DNA from: a virus
Virus record (IMG/VR): IMGVR_UViG_3300021168_000013
Length of the DNA: 64,000 bases
Direction: 5' to 3' (one strand)
Of the stretch, positions 1 through 10,539 are shown in pieces. The notes beneath the pieces were generated by a model. The model worked only from the letters and a program-made list of their open reading frames with translations, was not told where the DNA came from and searched no databases. Made by a program: the position numbers and the translations under genes. The stretch's first letter is position 1. Each line of letters starts with the position of its first letter.

Positions 1-2
1 AA

Positions 3-389
3 TTAAAGAAACTTGATTATATATGTGAAACCAGAGCTAAGAATCAAGCCTTGATACAGAGTTTATTCGATACCTATATTAAAAAATTGAGATTCCCGTT
101 GGTTCTAACAGAAACTTGGTGGGTTCCGTTTGGAGTGCCCATTATATGCGATTCAAAAGAACAGAAAAATAAGCTAGTCGCGTACTTAGAAAAGAATGGT
201 ATTCAGACTAGAAATTATTTCGCAGGAAACCTATTGATGCATAATGGTTATAAACATTTGGGAGATTTTAAAGATTTCCCAGAATCCAATAAAGTATTGG
301 ATTTGGTATTCTTTGTCGGTTGTTCACCCACCATATCTCCCGATAACATTAATTATATAAAAGAGGTATTATCTAAATATGAAAATTGA
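3..389 (+). CDS. DegT/DnrJ/EryC1/StrS-family PLP enzyme, C-terminal part (RfbH/DdhC-like); 5' truncated by window edge
   Basis: Frame open to the left edge; WFGVP-like and GIQTRNYFAGNLLMH motifs typical of the RfbH-like C-terminus. Confidence 0.75.
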   Translation, partial: LKKLDYICETRAKNQALIQSLFDTYIKKLRFPLVLTETWWVPFGVPIICDSKEQKNKLVAYLEKNGIQTRNYFAGNLLMHNGYKHLGDFKDFPESNKVLDLVFFVGCSPTISPDNINYIKEVLSKYEN

Positions 390-1194
390 TTTATTTGGAG
401 GCACTGGATTCATTGGTAGTAATTTTAAACAATTATACGGTGAGGATGTGTTTGTTCATCCACGGGAAGATAACGTTCCCACAACAGATAATGTACTTTA
501 CATGATAAGTACCACACACAATTATCATGTATTTGATGATATTCATAAAGACGTGGACACCAATCTTACTAAATTATTGAGCGTGTTACAGCATTGTAAG
601 GATAAATCTCTAACGTTTAACTTCGTAAGTAGTTGGTTTGTGTACGGGAAATGTCATTTACCAGCACGAGAAGAAACTACGTGTAATCCAAAAGGTTTTT
701 ATAGTATAACCAAGAAATGTGCGGAGGATTTAATTATAAGTTACTGCAAAACATTTGGAATAAAATATCGCATTTTGAGACTATGCAATGTATATGGCAA
801 AGATGACGCGAATGTATCTAAACAAAAAAATGCTTTACAATATCTAATTGATGAAATAAAAAAAGGAAACACAATCAATTTATATTATAATGGAGATTTT
901 TTTAGAGACTATATGCATGTCATGGATGTATGTAAAGCAATTTATTTGTGTATCATCATGTCACAACCAAATCAAATTATAAATATCGGGAGTGGCAGAC
1001 CTCAGAATTTCAGAGAATTGATAGATTTTACTATAAAGGAAACTGGGAACAATGTTATCATTAACAATGTTGATGCTTCCGATTTTCATAAATTGGTTCA
1101 GACAGAAAGCATGTATCTGGAGGTATCCAAATTAGAATCACTTGGATTTAAACAAGAAATTGACATTTATAGTGGTATAAGAAGCTTACTGTAA
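379..1194 (+). CDS. NAD-dependent epimerase/dehydratase
   Basis: GGTGFIG Rossmann motif; YSITK (YxxxK). Confidence 0.9.
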   Translation: MKIDLFGGTGFIGSNFKQLYGEDVFVHPREDNVPTTDNVLYMISTTHNYHVFDDIHKDVDTNLTKLLSVLQHCKDKSLTFNFVSSWFVYGKCHLPAREETTCNPKGFYSITKKCAEDLIISYCKTFGIKYRILRLCNVYGKDDANVSKQKNALQYLIDEIKKGNTINLYYNGDFFRDYMHVMDVCKAIYLCIIMSQPNQIINIGSGRPQNFRELIDFTIKETGNNVIINNVDASDFHKLVQTESMYLEVSKLESLGFKQEIDIYSGIRSLL

Positions 1195-1992
1195 TGATTT
1201 CTCATTAGTGTTAGAGTCGTGTTTCGGCAATCTTCCCCATTTATACTTGAAGTATTCAAAACATGCATTTTCAGTTTCTTGATTTGATTTGATTTTATCA
1301 GGAGTTCTAGTTCCAAGAGACACAAAATGATAAAAATGGCAATTATATGTTCTAAGCATTTTCATTCCAGCCATCTTACATTTCATGAAGAATTCCCAAT
1401 CAACAACCCATGGTCCCGGATAATTTTCATCAAATCCACCGATTCTTAGATAATCATTCTTGTGTATCAAGAAAGGAAATGTCGATCCACACTCGTCTTT
1501 AATATGTTGTTTTTTTAGGATATATTCTAATCGTATAGCACGTTCGGATTTCAAAAATTCATCCAAGTTAAACACACTTGGATCAGTACCTAGATTTTTA
1601 ATATAGAACTGTTTAAACATACTAGAATTTGGTTCTATTTGATTGGCTGTCAAAACACTGTTTGGTTCATAGTGGCCTTGTAATTTATCATCCCAACCAT
1701 TAGGGAATACGTTATCATCCTGCACATGAAATACCAAATCATTTGAGGCATTACAATGTCCATAGTTCATGGCTCTTATCATACCAACGTTATCCTCTAG
1801 ATTTAAAACGTCTATGTTATTTTTATATTTATCGAGAATGGCTTTATTAATATCGTAAAATCCATCAACCACAACTATTATTTGATTCTTGTTAGTCTGA
1901 CCAGTTATGGCTGACCGTAAACATAAATCTAAAGCTTCTGGTTCTTTGTATGTTGGTATGATAACCGATATTTTATTCATATTTTGGCCCAA
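1186..1992 (-). CDS. Glycosyltransferase family 2
   Basis: ISVIIPTY, VVVDG, QDD motif, GGFDE; probable start MNKISV at 1980. Confidence 0.85.
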   Translation of the reverse strand: MGQNMNKISVIIPTYKEPEALDLCLRSAITGQTNKNQIIVVVDGFYDINKAILDKYKNNIDVLNLEDNVGMIRAMNYGHCNASNDLVFHVQDDNVFPNGWDDKLQGHYEPNSVLTANQIEPNSSMFKQFYIKNLGTDPSVFNLDEFLKSERAIRLEYILKKQHIKDECGSTFPFLIHKNDYLRIGGFDENYPGPWVVDWEFFMKCKMAGMKMLRTYNCHFYHFVSLGTRTPDKIKSNQETENACFEYFKYKWGRLPKHDSNTNEKSLQ

Positions 1993-2678
1993 TCAACCAA
2001 TGGAGTTAGCCAAGGTATTTCACTATGTGTGGATTTACCGGGAATACATGATACTATGGAACGATTATATATTTGAACTAATTCACAACATGCTTCATAG
2101 TCTCTTGGATAAGAAGTCAATAAGTATTTTTCCCATATATCTTTATCTTTCTTAATAACATCACCATTTACGGCAAACGTCATTGTTACTGAATTTGTAA
2201 GTTTCCAGTGTATTGATTTGGTTAATACCACCCTAGTAATCTCGCCACCCCCATCGATCTGTGGATTTCCACCCATGTTGGCATCTATATATTTATCAGG
2301 ATGATCATATAGAGTAGCATAATTACTAACTGATAATCCTTCTTTAAGAAGTTTAAACGAATTCGGTAGATGAAAATAATCATCTTCCACGAAATATGCA
2401 GTATCTTTATCACCAATGGTTTCACAGCACTTTCTCATACAATGTCTAAACGTGTGAGCATTGTTTAATTTGGTTTCTTCTATTTTAATGTTAGATTTTT
2501 CTTTCGATCTAATAAATGACATTAATGCTGGTTCAGTTACATTGTCAGCGGCAATAAGTATATCATTTTCGGGAAAATCAAATTCGGCAAGGAAATTGTC
2601 CAGACAATGTTGTTTGGTAGCATTGGACAGTCTGTTCTTTTTATAAGAATTATTGCTGATTCTGTAATATATCTTCAT
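1977..2678 (-). CDS. GT-A fold glycosyltransferase-like protein
   Basis: YFVEDDYFH DxD-like motif; glycan-cluster context. Confidence 0.55.
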   Translation of the reverse strand: MKIYYRISNNSYKKNRLSNATKQHCLDNFLAEFDFPENDILIAADNVTEPALMSFIRSKEKSNIKIEETKLNNAHTFRHCMRKCCETIGDKDTAYFVEDDYFHLPNSFKLLKEGLSVSNYATLYDHPDKYIDANMGGNPQIDGGGEITRVVLTKSIHWKLTNSVTMTFAVNGDVIKKDKDIWEKYLLTSYPRDYEACCELVQIYNRSIVSCIPGKSTHSEIPWLTPLVDWAKI

Positions 2679-2895
2679 TTTGTTCCTTAAATACTTCTAT
2701 ACATAATACGTTCTTATCATTCACCATTACCATAGTTCCATCTTTCTTAAGAAACTTAGTAAATTGACCTTGTGATATAGATGATGACACTATTCCACTA
2801 AATGTTCGCTTTTCTCCACCAACAAAATGGATTATTTGGGTAACGGTATCTCCCTGACTATTAACTGATGATTTTAGATTCATATACTTATACAT
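2650..2895 (-). CDS. Hypothetical phage protein
   Basis: Operon-like overlap with neighbours. Confidence 0.55.
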   Translation of the reverse strand: MYKYMNLKSSVNSQGDTVTQIIHFVGGEKRTFSGIVSSSISQGQFTKFLKKDGTMVMVNDKNVLCIEVFKEQNEDILQNQQ

Positions 2896-3683
2896 TCCTG
2901 ATTTATATTATGATAATGACATACACCAATCTCTTCTAGAAATATATTTTTATGACTACAATCGCATACTTTATAATTCTCCACTAAGTTTAACAATTCA
3001 TTGAATGCAGCATCTGATATTAAATGTTTACATTTGAATTTGTTTCTAATCACACATTTTGCCAACAATTTCTCACAACTGAAGTTTGGAATATATTCCC
3101 ATACTTTACCATTAAAATTACGAACCGAATTGCAATAATTGTATGCGTCGTCCACATCCTTTTCATTATTGATATAATCCACTGTGTTTTTTATTATATA
3201 AAAATTGGTTTGGGGATATAAATAATCATCGGTCATGTAGTTAGCCATATAATTTTGAATATTGTGATCGAATTTATTTAATCCTGAATATCCTATTGCT
3301 TGAAGGAAATAAAAATCATATTCATCCGTAACAGGATACTTTAGCAATCTATCTCCCAATAATATATCATTTACTCCCTTGTATATAAAGTTTATAGGTA
3401 ACATCTTAGCATAATTAACCACGGCATTATCGCTATCCATGTATCCAATGGTATGTCCTCTGTTTTTTTTGGGCGGAAGGATTATAACATCTTTGCCAAA
3501 TACTGTCCTCCATACGGCATCATAATCAGATAGATATGGTTCTGCCACATCTGAGCAATTTTGATGAACTACTATATAATTAAATTGGGACATGATTGAA
3601 TAGTTATGTAACAACATACGATTCAATGTCTCTATGTCTTCTTTTTTACTTAAATGTCCTATACTACAATAACAGTTATTCAT
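2880..3683 (-). CDS. Hypothetical protein, possibly glycosyltransferase-like
   Basis: 267-aa ORF overlapping neighbours in the glycan operon. Confidence 0.5.
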   Translation of the reverse strand: MNNCYCSIGHLSKKEDIETLNRMLLHNYSIMSQFNYIVVHQNCSDVAEPYLSDYDAVWRTVFGKDVIILPPKKNRGHTIGYMDSDNAVVNYAKMLPINFIYKGVNDILLGDRLLKYPVTDEYDFYFLQAIGYSGLNKFDHNIQNYMANYMTDDYLYPQTNFYIIKNTVDYINNEKDVDDAYNYCNSVRNFNGKVWEYIPNFSCEKLLAKCVIRNKFKCKHLISDAAFNELLNLVENYKVCDCSHKNIFLEEIGVCHYHNINQECISI

Positions 3684-4567
3684 GCAATCTTATTTAAAAT
3701 ATATCTAGCCATTTCCTTGGTGGTACAGTGTTGTTTAAAATGTAAAAAACATTCATCCATTATATCATAATATTTAGTAATGTCAAAGTCTTTGTTTATT
3801 AACTCATTACCACGCTTAATTGCATCTTTCGGTAAAGTAGTCAATGTATGTTCCGGACATTTATCTATGTCTAAGAAATAAGGCATACAGTAATTACCCA
3901 TTATCTCATAATGTCTCATGCAATCCCATCCTGCTTTTTTCATTGTAACTCCATAATATGAGTTATTATAATCTTTGAAATAATCAGTTTCATTACTGAA
4001 AATATACGTTGATTTTTCTCCGGGAATCACAGTACCATAGGATTGAATCTTCTCTTTATTAGGAGTGGATATCTTACATGTTGGATATGAAAATGATATT
4101 GGAAATACATTAGAATGATATGAATAACACTCTCTTTTGAAATACGGATGAATATCAGATAAAGAATGAACATAACAATCATCATTGCCATCTAATAATA
4201 CTATTTTCTTAGGATCGTATACTTTTTTTACAAGTTCAAAATAATCAAGACATCTTCTGGAAGCACCATACACTATTAAATCATAATATTTATTCTCGAT
4301 TTTAGATTGTATATTAATTCTATTAGGATTGTCACCATCAATTAACCAAAAAGCCGTCATTCCTCCCCACAAACATTGTTTTGGTATTTTGGATTGATTT
4401 TCTTTATATAATGATATGATCGGGGTGGAATCCACTATTTCATCTATAACACCATCTTTAAACAATTCATAGAAACCATAGTAGGTTAAGTCATTTAAAT
4501 AATCAGATATATAACCACCACTACATGCTGCAATAGAATTGTGATTTGTAATATACAATACTTTCAT
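3680..4567 (-). CDS. GT-B-like glycosyltransferase
   Basis: KKAGWDCMRHYEIMGNYCMPYF C-terminal motif; context. Confidence 0.55.
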   Translation of the reverse strand: MKVLYITNHNSIAACSGGYISDYLNDLTYYGFYELFKDGVIDEIVDSTPIISLYKENQSKIPKQCLWGGMTAFWLIDGDNPNRINIQSKIENKYYDLIVYGASRRCLDYFELVKKVYDPKKIVLLDGNDDCYVHSLSDIHPYFKRECYSYHSNVFPISFSYPTCKISTPNKEKIQSYGTVIPGEKSTYIFSNETDYFKDYNNSYYGVTMKKAGWDCMRHYEIMGNYCMPYFLDIDKCPEHTLTTLPKDAIKRGNELINKDFDITKYYDIMDECFLHFKQHCTTKEMARYILNKIA

Positions 4568-4568
4568 A

Positions 4569-5393
4569 TTATAATGTTATCCATCCTTCTGGGAATAGAG
4601 TATCTATATTGGTTATATGAGTGACCGATTTACCGAACCAATGACTTTTTGGTGCCACTGTCATAGTGTCTTTGTTTTTGTTAAGATAAGCCGCCCACCA
4701 GCTAAATGTACTGTTACCTAATATATTATGATTGCATAGACTCATGAACACCAAATCGGATATGTTAGTTTCATTTTCTATAAAATTGACATTGTCTGGA
4801 AACATTCCCTTAGCAAAGGCGATATTGTCTGAAAAAACATTTATGTTTTGTATATCACGTAAATCGCATATCATATTGATAGCTTCTTGATAATACTCGG
4901 ATGGCACAATAGGAAACGAATCTCTTAAAAGATGTCTATCTCCGCCTACTCGTACATGGACAGCTATTGAATCGGGTATTATATTCTTATATTTATCCCG
5001 AACATAATTAACATGACTATCTCTGAACTTGTAATAATCATTCACAATTTTATATTTAATGTCGTTAAAATAACGATCACTCTGGAAATAACCAGATATC
5101 AACATGTTGTCTTTGGCTTTAACCGGTTGATATGAAAAATTATATTCTGGATTAGTGGGATGAACTGCATCATTATGATGATATGTATCATATCGCTGTG
5201 AAAACTCATTAACAAAATTGAATTTATGAGAAAATAGGTTAGGAATCTCTAATGGTCTATGATCGTTTGATATATAACAATCACGAATCTTTAAGATTTC
5301 ATAATTTGTTCCTAGTTTTTCCGTAAGAGACAAACAGTTGGCCAGTTGGAATAAGTTATTACCCAATTCTCCAGAAAACATGCATGATATCAT
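4569..5393 (-). CDS. Alpha-1,2-fucosyltransferase-like (GT11)
   Basis: GELGNNLFQ, GYFQS, HVRVGGD, NSTFSWWAAYL. Confidence 0.9.
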   Translation of the reverse strand: MISCMFSGELGNNLFQLANCLSLTEKLGTNYEILKIRDCYISNDHRPLEIPNLFSHKFNFVNEFSQRYDTYHHNDAVHPTNPEYNFSYQPVKAKDNMLISGYFQSDRYFNDIKYKIVNDYYKFRDSHVNYVRDKYKNIIPDSIAVHVRVGGDRHLLRDSFPIVPSEYYQEAINMICDLRDIQNINVFSDNIAFAKGMFPDNVNFIENETNISDLVFMSLCNHNILGNSTFSWWAAYLNKNKDTMTVAPKSHWFGKSVTHITNIDTLFPEGWITL

Positions 5394-6211
5394 AGACTAT
5401 CATTATAAAGTATCGAAATACCTTTGTCGAGAGAAATCTTTGGTTCCCAGTAGTTTAATATATATGGATCAGGATCATTTACCATGCCCATTTGAACATT
5501 ATCTACCTTATCACCTTTTATAATTTCGCAACCAGATAGACCACTTATTACATTGGCAATATCCATGATGGAATTCCATTGAAAACTGGTGATATGATAA
5601 TTTTTAGCTCTATCCAATGTGAAATAATTTTTAGCCAAGATTAATAGTGCTCTAGCACAATCCTCACCAAATAAGAATTGACGGACTTCATCTCCAGTAG
5701 TTCTCATTTTTATACTCTTATCTTTGATAGACATATTAATGAAATCGGTAATTACATGGGATTTCTCTTCATTGGTTTCATAACCATAAACATTCCAAAA
5801 TTTAACGTTAATACCATTTAACGCGTCAGTGTGTCTCTCACCAATGGATTTTAATATACCATAAGTAGAGTGATGCATGTTTGACATCTGAGAGGACGCG
5901 AATATAAACGGTTTGTTTAAGGATTTGAGTAATTCAAATGTATTACTCATTATTCTCATGTTATTGTCTATGAATTCATAGGTATTTTGGTATTTGGCCA
6001 TATACTTTGATCCACCGATATCAAATGCCAGAAAATGAACGAAATCCGACTTAATTATCATGTCCGTAAGCAATAGATTGTTTCGAACTCGTAGATCATA
6101 TAATCCATTATCCTCTATATCAAAGGTGAGTACCTCTTCATTTACAGATTTTAAATATTGAACCAAATATTGGCCAACTTGTCCTGACGATCCTAATACT
6201 AGATGTTTCAT
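5390..6211 (-). CDS. NAD-dependent epimerase/dehydratase
   Basis: GSSGQVG; YGILK (YxxxK). Confidence 0.85.
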   Translation of the reverse strand: MKHLVLGSSGQVGQYLVQYLKSVNEEVLTFDIEDNGLYDLRVRNNLLLTDMIIKSDFVHFLAFDIGGSKYMAKYQNTYEFIDNNMRIMSNTFELLKSLNKPFIFASSQMSNMHHSTYGILKSIGERHTDALNGINVKFWNVYGYETNEEKSHVITDFINMSIKDKSIKMRTTGDEVRQFLFGEDCARALLILAKNYFTLDRAKNYHITSFQWNSIMDIANVISGLSGCEIIKGDKVDNVQMGMVNDPDPYILNYWEPKISLDKGISILYNDSL

Positions 6212-7023
6212 ATTATTTTTGGGGTCTTATAGTAGTTTTTTAACGTTTCGATATTCTCATTCTTTAGTTTAACATATAACCTTTGATTTCTATCGGTGTA
6301 TTCCTTGTATTTATTTTGTAATACTCTCTCATGCTGCACATGGAATACTGGCCCGTATACTCTTGTCATTTTGATATTAAATAGATTCATCTTAAAGATG
6401 TATTCAGAATCCTCATATCCCCAACCATTAAATTCTTCATTGAAATATACTAGATCACCAAGCAATCTCTTATTAACTATCATACAAAATCCCGTAGCAT
6501 AAGCAATTGGTGGATATCCATCCTCGATATGACGATGTAACATCATTTTTGGAGCAATCTTAAATTGAAGATTGTAAAAGTCATAATCCGTCTCAAATTC
6601 CTTAAAGTAATCACGCTCAATGTGATATTCTGGATTGGTATAAGGAAATACCAAAGGAAATTTATCCTGACACAATTCCACACCTAATTCAATCTGTTCT
6701 TTTGGTAATAGAATATCACAGTCATATATTACACATATATCATTACTAGCAATCTTCAATCCTTCGTTGATTATCTTTGATCTATAATATGGGTCAGGCA
6801 AATCACAGGAAAATATGCGTATATTGCTCAATTCATATTCATGAAATAATTTAGTCAGATATTGTACGCAATTAACCTCTTCGATTGGTGTGTTATTTTG
6901 TAATATCACTAAGTATTCAGCTTCATCTTTAAATTGGTAGGTGAGATAAATCAACGATCTCAATAGGTTCGTTAGTCTATCAACACTGTCGTATTTAAAC
7001 TGAATTATAAACGTAAACTTCAT
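6208..7023 (-). CDS. Glycosyltransferase (GT2 / GT7 C-terminal-like)
   Basis: DCD motif; FNEEFNGWGYED. Confidence 0.8.
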   Translation of the reverse strand: MKFTFIIQFKYDSVDRLTNLLRSLIYLTYQFKDEAEYLVILQNNTPIEEVNCVQYLTKLFHEYELSNIRIFSCDLPDPYYRSKIINEGLKIASNDICVIYDCDILLPKEQIELGVELCQDKFPLVFPYTNPEYHIERDYFKEFETDYDFYNLQFKIAPKMMLHRHIEDGYPPIAYATGFCMIVNKRLLGDLVYFNEEFNGWGYEDSEYIFKMNLFNIKMTRVYGPVFHVQHERVLQNKYKEYTDRNQRLYVKLKNENIETLKNYYKTPKII

Positions 7024-7847
7024 AATAAGTAATTTTCGGCGATGTAATCATCAGCAACTGGAAATTCACAGGCGATTTTAAAATTTTCTTCTATATATGG
7101 CATCATGGAATTATACAAATCATCAGTACAATCATTTAGATTGAAATTATCTGAGAATATTACACCTTTCGGATTGAAATACTGTTCCACAACTGATTTA
7201 CTGCCCCTATATATTGGAACTGTATATGTTGTCATTGGACTGGTCAATCTCTCCGTAAAATATGCATCACTAACATCATTTTCCATAGATACCGTGAAAT
7301 TGTAGTTCTTATAGGCATCATCAGTTATTTTAGGTTCGTTTTCTTGTCCTCTCCCATATAAATTGAGTTTATTTTTATTATCAACCGCATATTCTACACG
7401 ATATTTGTGTCCAGCCAACGTATAATTCTTAGAAACCAACATACTTATCATTCGGTACTTAGTGTGGCGTTTTCTATTTTCGGATAATGTCCATGGCGCG
7501 GCATTGGATATAGCATAGTAAAATGGATGCCCAATCTGAACCAAATCCATCTGACAGGTGAATATAAATTTATAATTATTCTGAAATTGTTGTAAATTTT
7601 TTAATATAACATCTATTACTCCCTGATTGTATCCTCGGGATTCCAATAACCACCCGTATTTGTTAGGGTTATTATTCAACCCACTCAATATATTTCCGTC
7701 TATATACATATCAAAATCATAGTCACCGACATAATTTTTTGGTAACCATTGAATATGTTTAGATGTATTCATATGAGAAGAACACACTGAATCATTTTCA
7801 TTTGGGGAAATACATCCCCCAATTGGTTTCATTTTTAGCTTACTCAT
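7020..7847 (-). CDS. Alpha-1,3-fucosyltransferase-like (GT10)
   Basis: YNFTVSMENDVSDAYFTERL...TVPIYRG, the GT10 signature (usual TEK is TER here). Confidence 0.75.
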   Translation of the reverse strand: MSKLKMKPIGGCISPNENDSVCSSHMNTSKHIQWLPKNYVGDYDFDMYIDGNILSGLNNNPNKYGWLLESRGYNQGVIDVILKNLQQFQNNYKFIFTCQMDLVQIGHPFYYAISNAAPWTLSENRKRHTKYRMISMLVSKNYTLAGHKYRVEYAVDNKNKLNLYGRGQENEPKITDDAYKNYNFTVSMENDVSDAYFTERLTSPMTTYTVPIYRGSKSVVEQYFNPKGVIFSDNFNLNDCTDDLYNSMMPYIEENFKIACEFPVADDYIAENYLL

Positions 7848-8665
7848 AATTTAATCCATTCATCTAAAAACAAATCTTTTATATCCAATTTCTTAAGTGA
7901 TCCACCGAACCAATAGTTGGCTGGAGCAACGGTTATATGACCTTTATGTTTATTGAGATAAGCTGACCACCAACTAAATGTACTGTTACCTAATATATTG
8001 TGATTACACATACTCATAAATGTTAAATCTGTTATATTAGATTCATTCTCTATGAAGTTTACTGATTCTGGAAATATTTCTTTAGCTATGGACATTTTAT
8101 CGGAAAATACATTAATATTCTGTATATTAGATGAATCATACACAATGGCCAATGCTCTTTCATAGTATTCACTAGGCACTAATGGAAATATATCAGAACA
8201 CAGTGATCTATCGCCTCCACCTCTAAAATGAATAGCAATTGAATTAGGTAATATGGATTTATACTTATCATTTATGTAATCAATGGTATCAGGATTAAAA
8301 GCGAAATAGTCATTGACAAGTTTATCTTTTATGTTCTCAAAGTATTTACCGCTCTGAAAATAACCATTCAATTTTACGTTATCTTCATGGGGAATTGGTG
8401 AGTATGCAAATGTATAATAAGGACTATCTTGCTCGAATAGATCAGGGTGACGATAATGACCATACTCTTGAGAATAACTATTAACGAAATTGAATTTATG
8501 AGAAAACAATTTACTTACCTCAATGGGACGGTCTTCATTGGAAATCCAACAATGTCTGGATGCTGATATTTCATAATCAACATTTATAGCATCCTTTATA
8601 GAAAGACATGTGGCTAATTGAAACAAATTATTTCCTAACTCTCCATGTAATCTACTGGTTATCAT
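7844..8665 (-). CDS. Alpha-1,2-fucosyltransferase-like (GT11), paralog of 4569-5393
   Basis: GELGNNLFQ, GYFQS, HFRGGGD, NSTFSWW; start adjusted to MITSRL. Confidence 0.9.
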   Translation of the reverse strand: MITSRLHGELGNNLFQLATCLSIKDAINVDYEISASRHCWISNEDRPIEVSKLFSHKFNFVNSYSQEYGHYRHPDLFEQDSPYYTFAYSPIPHEDNVKLNGYFQSGKYFENIKDKLVNDYFAFNPDTIDYINDKYKSILPNSIAIHFRGGGDRSLCSDIFPLVPSEYYERALAIVYDSSNIQNINVFSDKMSIAKEIFPESVNFIENESNITDLTFMSMCNHNILGNSTFSWWSAYLNKHKGHITVAPANYWFGGSLKKLDIKDLFLDEWIKL

Positions 8666-9222
8666 TATTTTAGTTTCCATCCTTCCCAGTCCCATTCATG
8701 ATTATATGTCTGATCATGTGTAACACTTAGTAAATTTTGACAGGTTTTTCTTTCCTCGTCATGATTTTGTATTACTTTATGGAATTGAATTTGAATAAAT
8801 TTTATATTATCGGCATGTTTACTTGCACAGAGTGTTTTGATTATCTCAAATTCCCCGCCTTCACAATTTAATTCTAATAAATCTATAGATGTTATGGATT
8901 GATCTGAAATAAATTGTGATATATCCATAATATCAATAGATTCCGTTTTTCCTTTTGGACTGAATACCGATGTTCCTGCTCCGTTTATCTGGATATTTCT
9001 TTTTTCTGTTTTATTTCCTAACCCAAAATTATGGACTTTTATCTTGGGATTGTTTTGGTATTTATTGACCAATCCATTGTAATAATCCCTTACTGGCTCA
9101 AAAATGTAAATATTGCAGTGATATGTGTCAAACATTTCTTGAGAGAATTCCCCAACGAACCCACCAACCTCAAATATTAGAGAATTTTCATTTAATGGGT
9201 GATTTTTTCTGTCATCTATCAT
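8665..9222 (-). CDS. FkbM-family methyltransferase
   Basis: FEVGGFVG, IFEP, LNCEGGE. Confidence 0.85.
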   Translation of the reverse strand: MIDDRKNHPLNENSLIFEVGGFVGEFSQEMFDTYHCNIYIFEPVRDYYNGLVNKYQNNPKIKVHNFGLGNKTEKRNIQINGAGTSVFSPKGKTESIDIMDISQFISDQSITSIDLLELNCEGGEFEIIKTLCASKHADNIKFIQIQFHKVIQNHDEERKTCQNLLSVTHDQTYNHEWDWEGWKLK

Positions 9223-9869
9223 ATTTTCCTATAAAGTGTGTCGTATTTATATTTTTGCACAATCTCATAGTTTTTTGATAACATGAATGTGTGAAATTCA
9301 TCTTCGTGTTTTATGTTGGATTCATATTGATGAAAATTAACAGTTTCGGTAAGTATGAACTTTACAGGCACATCACCAATGCCATTGATGATATTTTTTT
9401 CATAGGATTGGGCGTCAATATGCATGTAATCAATATGTGTGATGTCATTTTCTTCACAAACTGTGTCCAATCGTTTCACTGTGACATCATATCCATTCAT
9501 GTCAAACTTACATCTATCAAATTCAATTTGCTCATCTACAGTCCCGTTTTTTATAATGGGTTTGTTGATAGACCCTGCCTGTTTATGGTATCTACCCTCG
9601 ATGGATAAACTTGGATAAAATTTCACCACATCATTTTTATCCCCGAGGGCATAAGGATAAGTATGTATTCCAGCATCGATAGCAGAATTTCTATGATTTC
9701 TTATGTTTTCAATATCTGGTTCAAATGAATATACTTTGGCTTTTGGAAACCATTGCTTAAAATATATCCCAGTAATGAAATCATATGCTCCCACATCAAA
9801 TAATATTAAATCTGAGTGGTTTATACCTAGGTTACTTATTATAGTTTGTTCATCAGGCTCTTGTAACAT
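9219..9869 (-). CDS. FkbM-family methyltransferase
   Basis: FDVGA, SFEPD, HIDAQSYE. Confidence 0.85.
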   Translation of the reverse strand: MLQEPDEQTIISNLGINHSDLILFDVGAYDFITGIYFKQWFPKAKVYSFEPDIENIRNHRNSAIDAGIHTYPYALGDKNDVVKFYPSLSIEGRYHKQAGSINKPIIKNGTVDEQIEFDRCKFDMNGYDVTVKRLDTVCEENDITHIDYMHIDAQSYEKNIINGIGDVPVKFILTETVNFHQYESNIKHEDEFHTFMLSKNYEIVQKYKYDTLYRKI

Positions 9870-9870
9870 G

Positions 9871-10539
9871 TTAGATTTTAAATCCTTTATTTAGTTCGTC
9901 GCTAAAATCTTTATTATATCTTAGATTGGTGGCGACCTGTTTTTCTATAGTCTTATTATGGATTATTGATAATTCAAACTCCGATGGAAGTTTGGATGTT
10001 ATCTTAGCACCCTCTATTTTTTCATGTAGAGGTCTTTCCCATTTTAAATGTGGAAGGTTCTTAAATAATCTAAATTGATAATCCGGAAAATTTACAATGT
10101 TTCTTCCTTCGTATAAAGATAATTTCCATCCCCAATCCGCTGCATGTTTTTCATTGACTCCAATAAAATCATTTATTCGAGGTATTAAAAAACAATCCAC
10201 ACTGGGATTGGACTCAATGATATCCTTTATATTAATCATTAATGTGTCAGTGGGAACTTCGTCATCATCCAATTGTAATATGTATTTACCAATACACAAG
10301 TCTTTTCCAAAATTTTTGTGCATGGAGTAATGGTTATCCAACGCATGTTTATATATAAAGAAGTTCTGTTTTTCTTTATATGAATCCAATAAATCCAAAG
10401 TGGTATCATTATCACTAAAGTCGTCTAATATGACACATTCGTTTCCATCTATGTACTTCTCAATACAATCTAACAAATCTTTTAATTGATTTGTTCCATT
10501 CTTGGTTGTAATTAGATAACTTATGAAAGGTGCATTCAT
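9871..10539 (-). CDS. Glycosyltransferase family 2
   Basis: LDDFS, QLDDDE, FPDYQFRLF, HEKI. Confidence 0.8.
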   Translation of the reverse strand: MNAPFISYLITTKNGTNQLKDLLDCIEKYIDGNECVILDDFSDNDTTLDLLDSYKEKQNFFIYKHALDNHYSMHKNFGKDLCIGKYILQLDDDEVPTDTLMINIKDIIESNPSVDCFLIPRINDFIGVNEKHAADWGWKLSLYEGRNIVNFPDYQFRLFKNLPHLKWERPLHEKIEGAKITSKLPSEFELSIIHNKTIEKQVATNLRYNKDFSDELNKGFKI

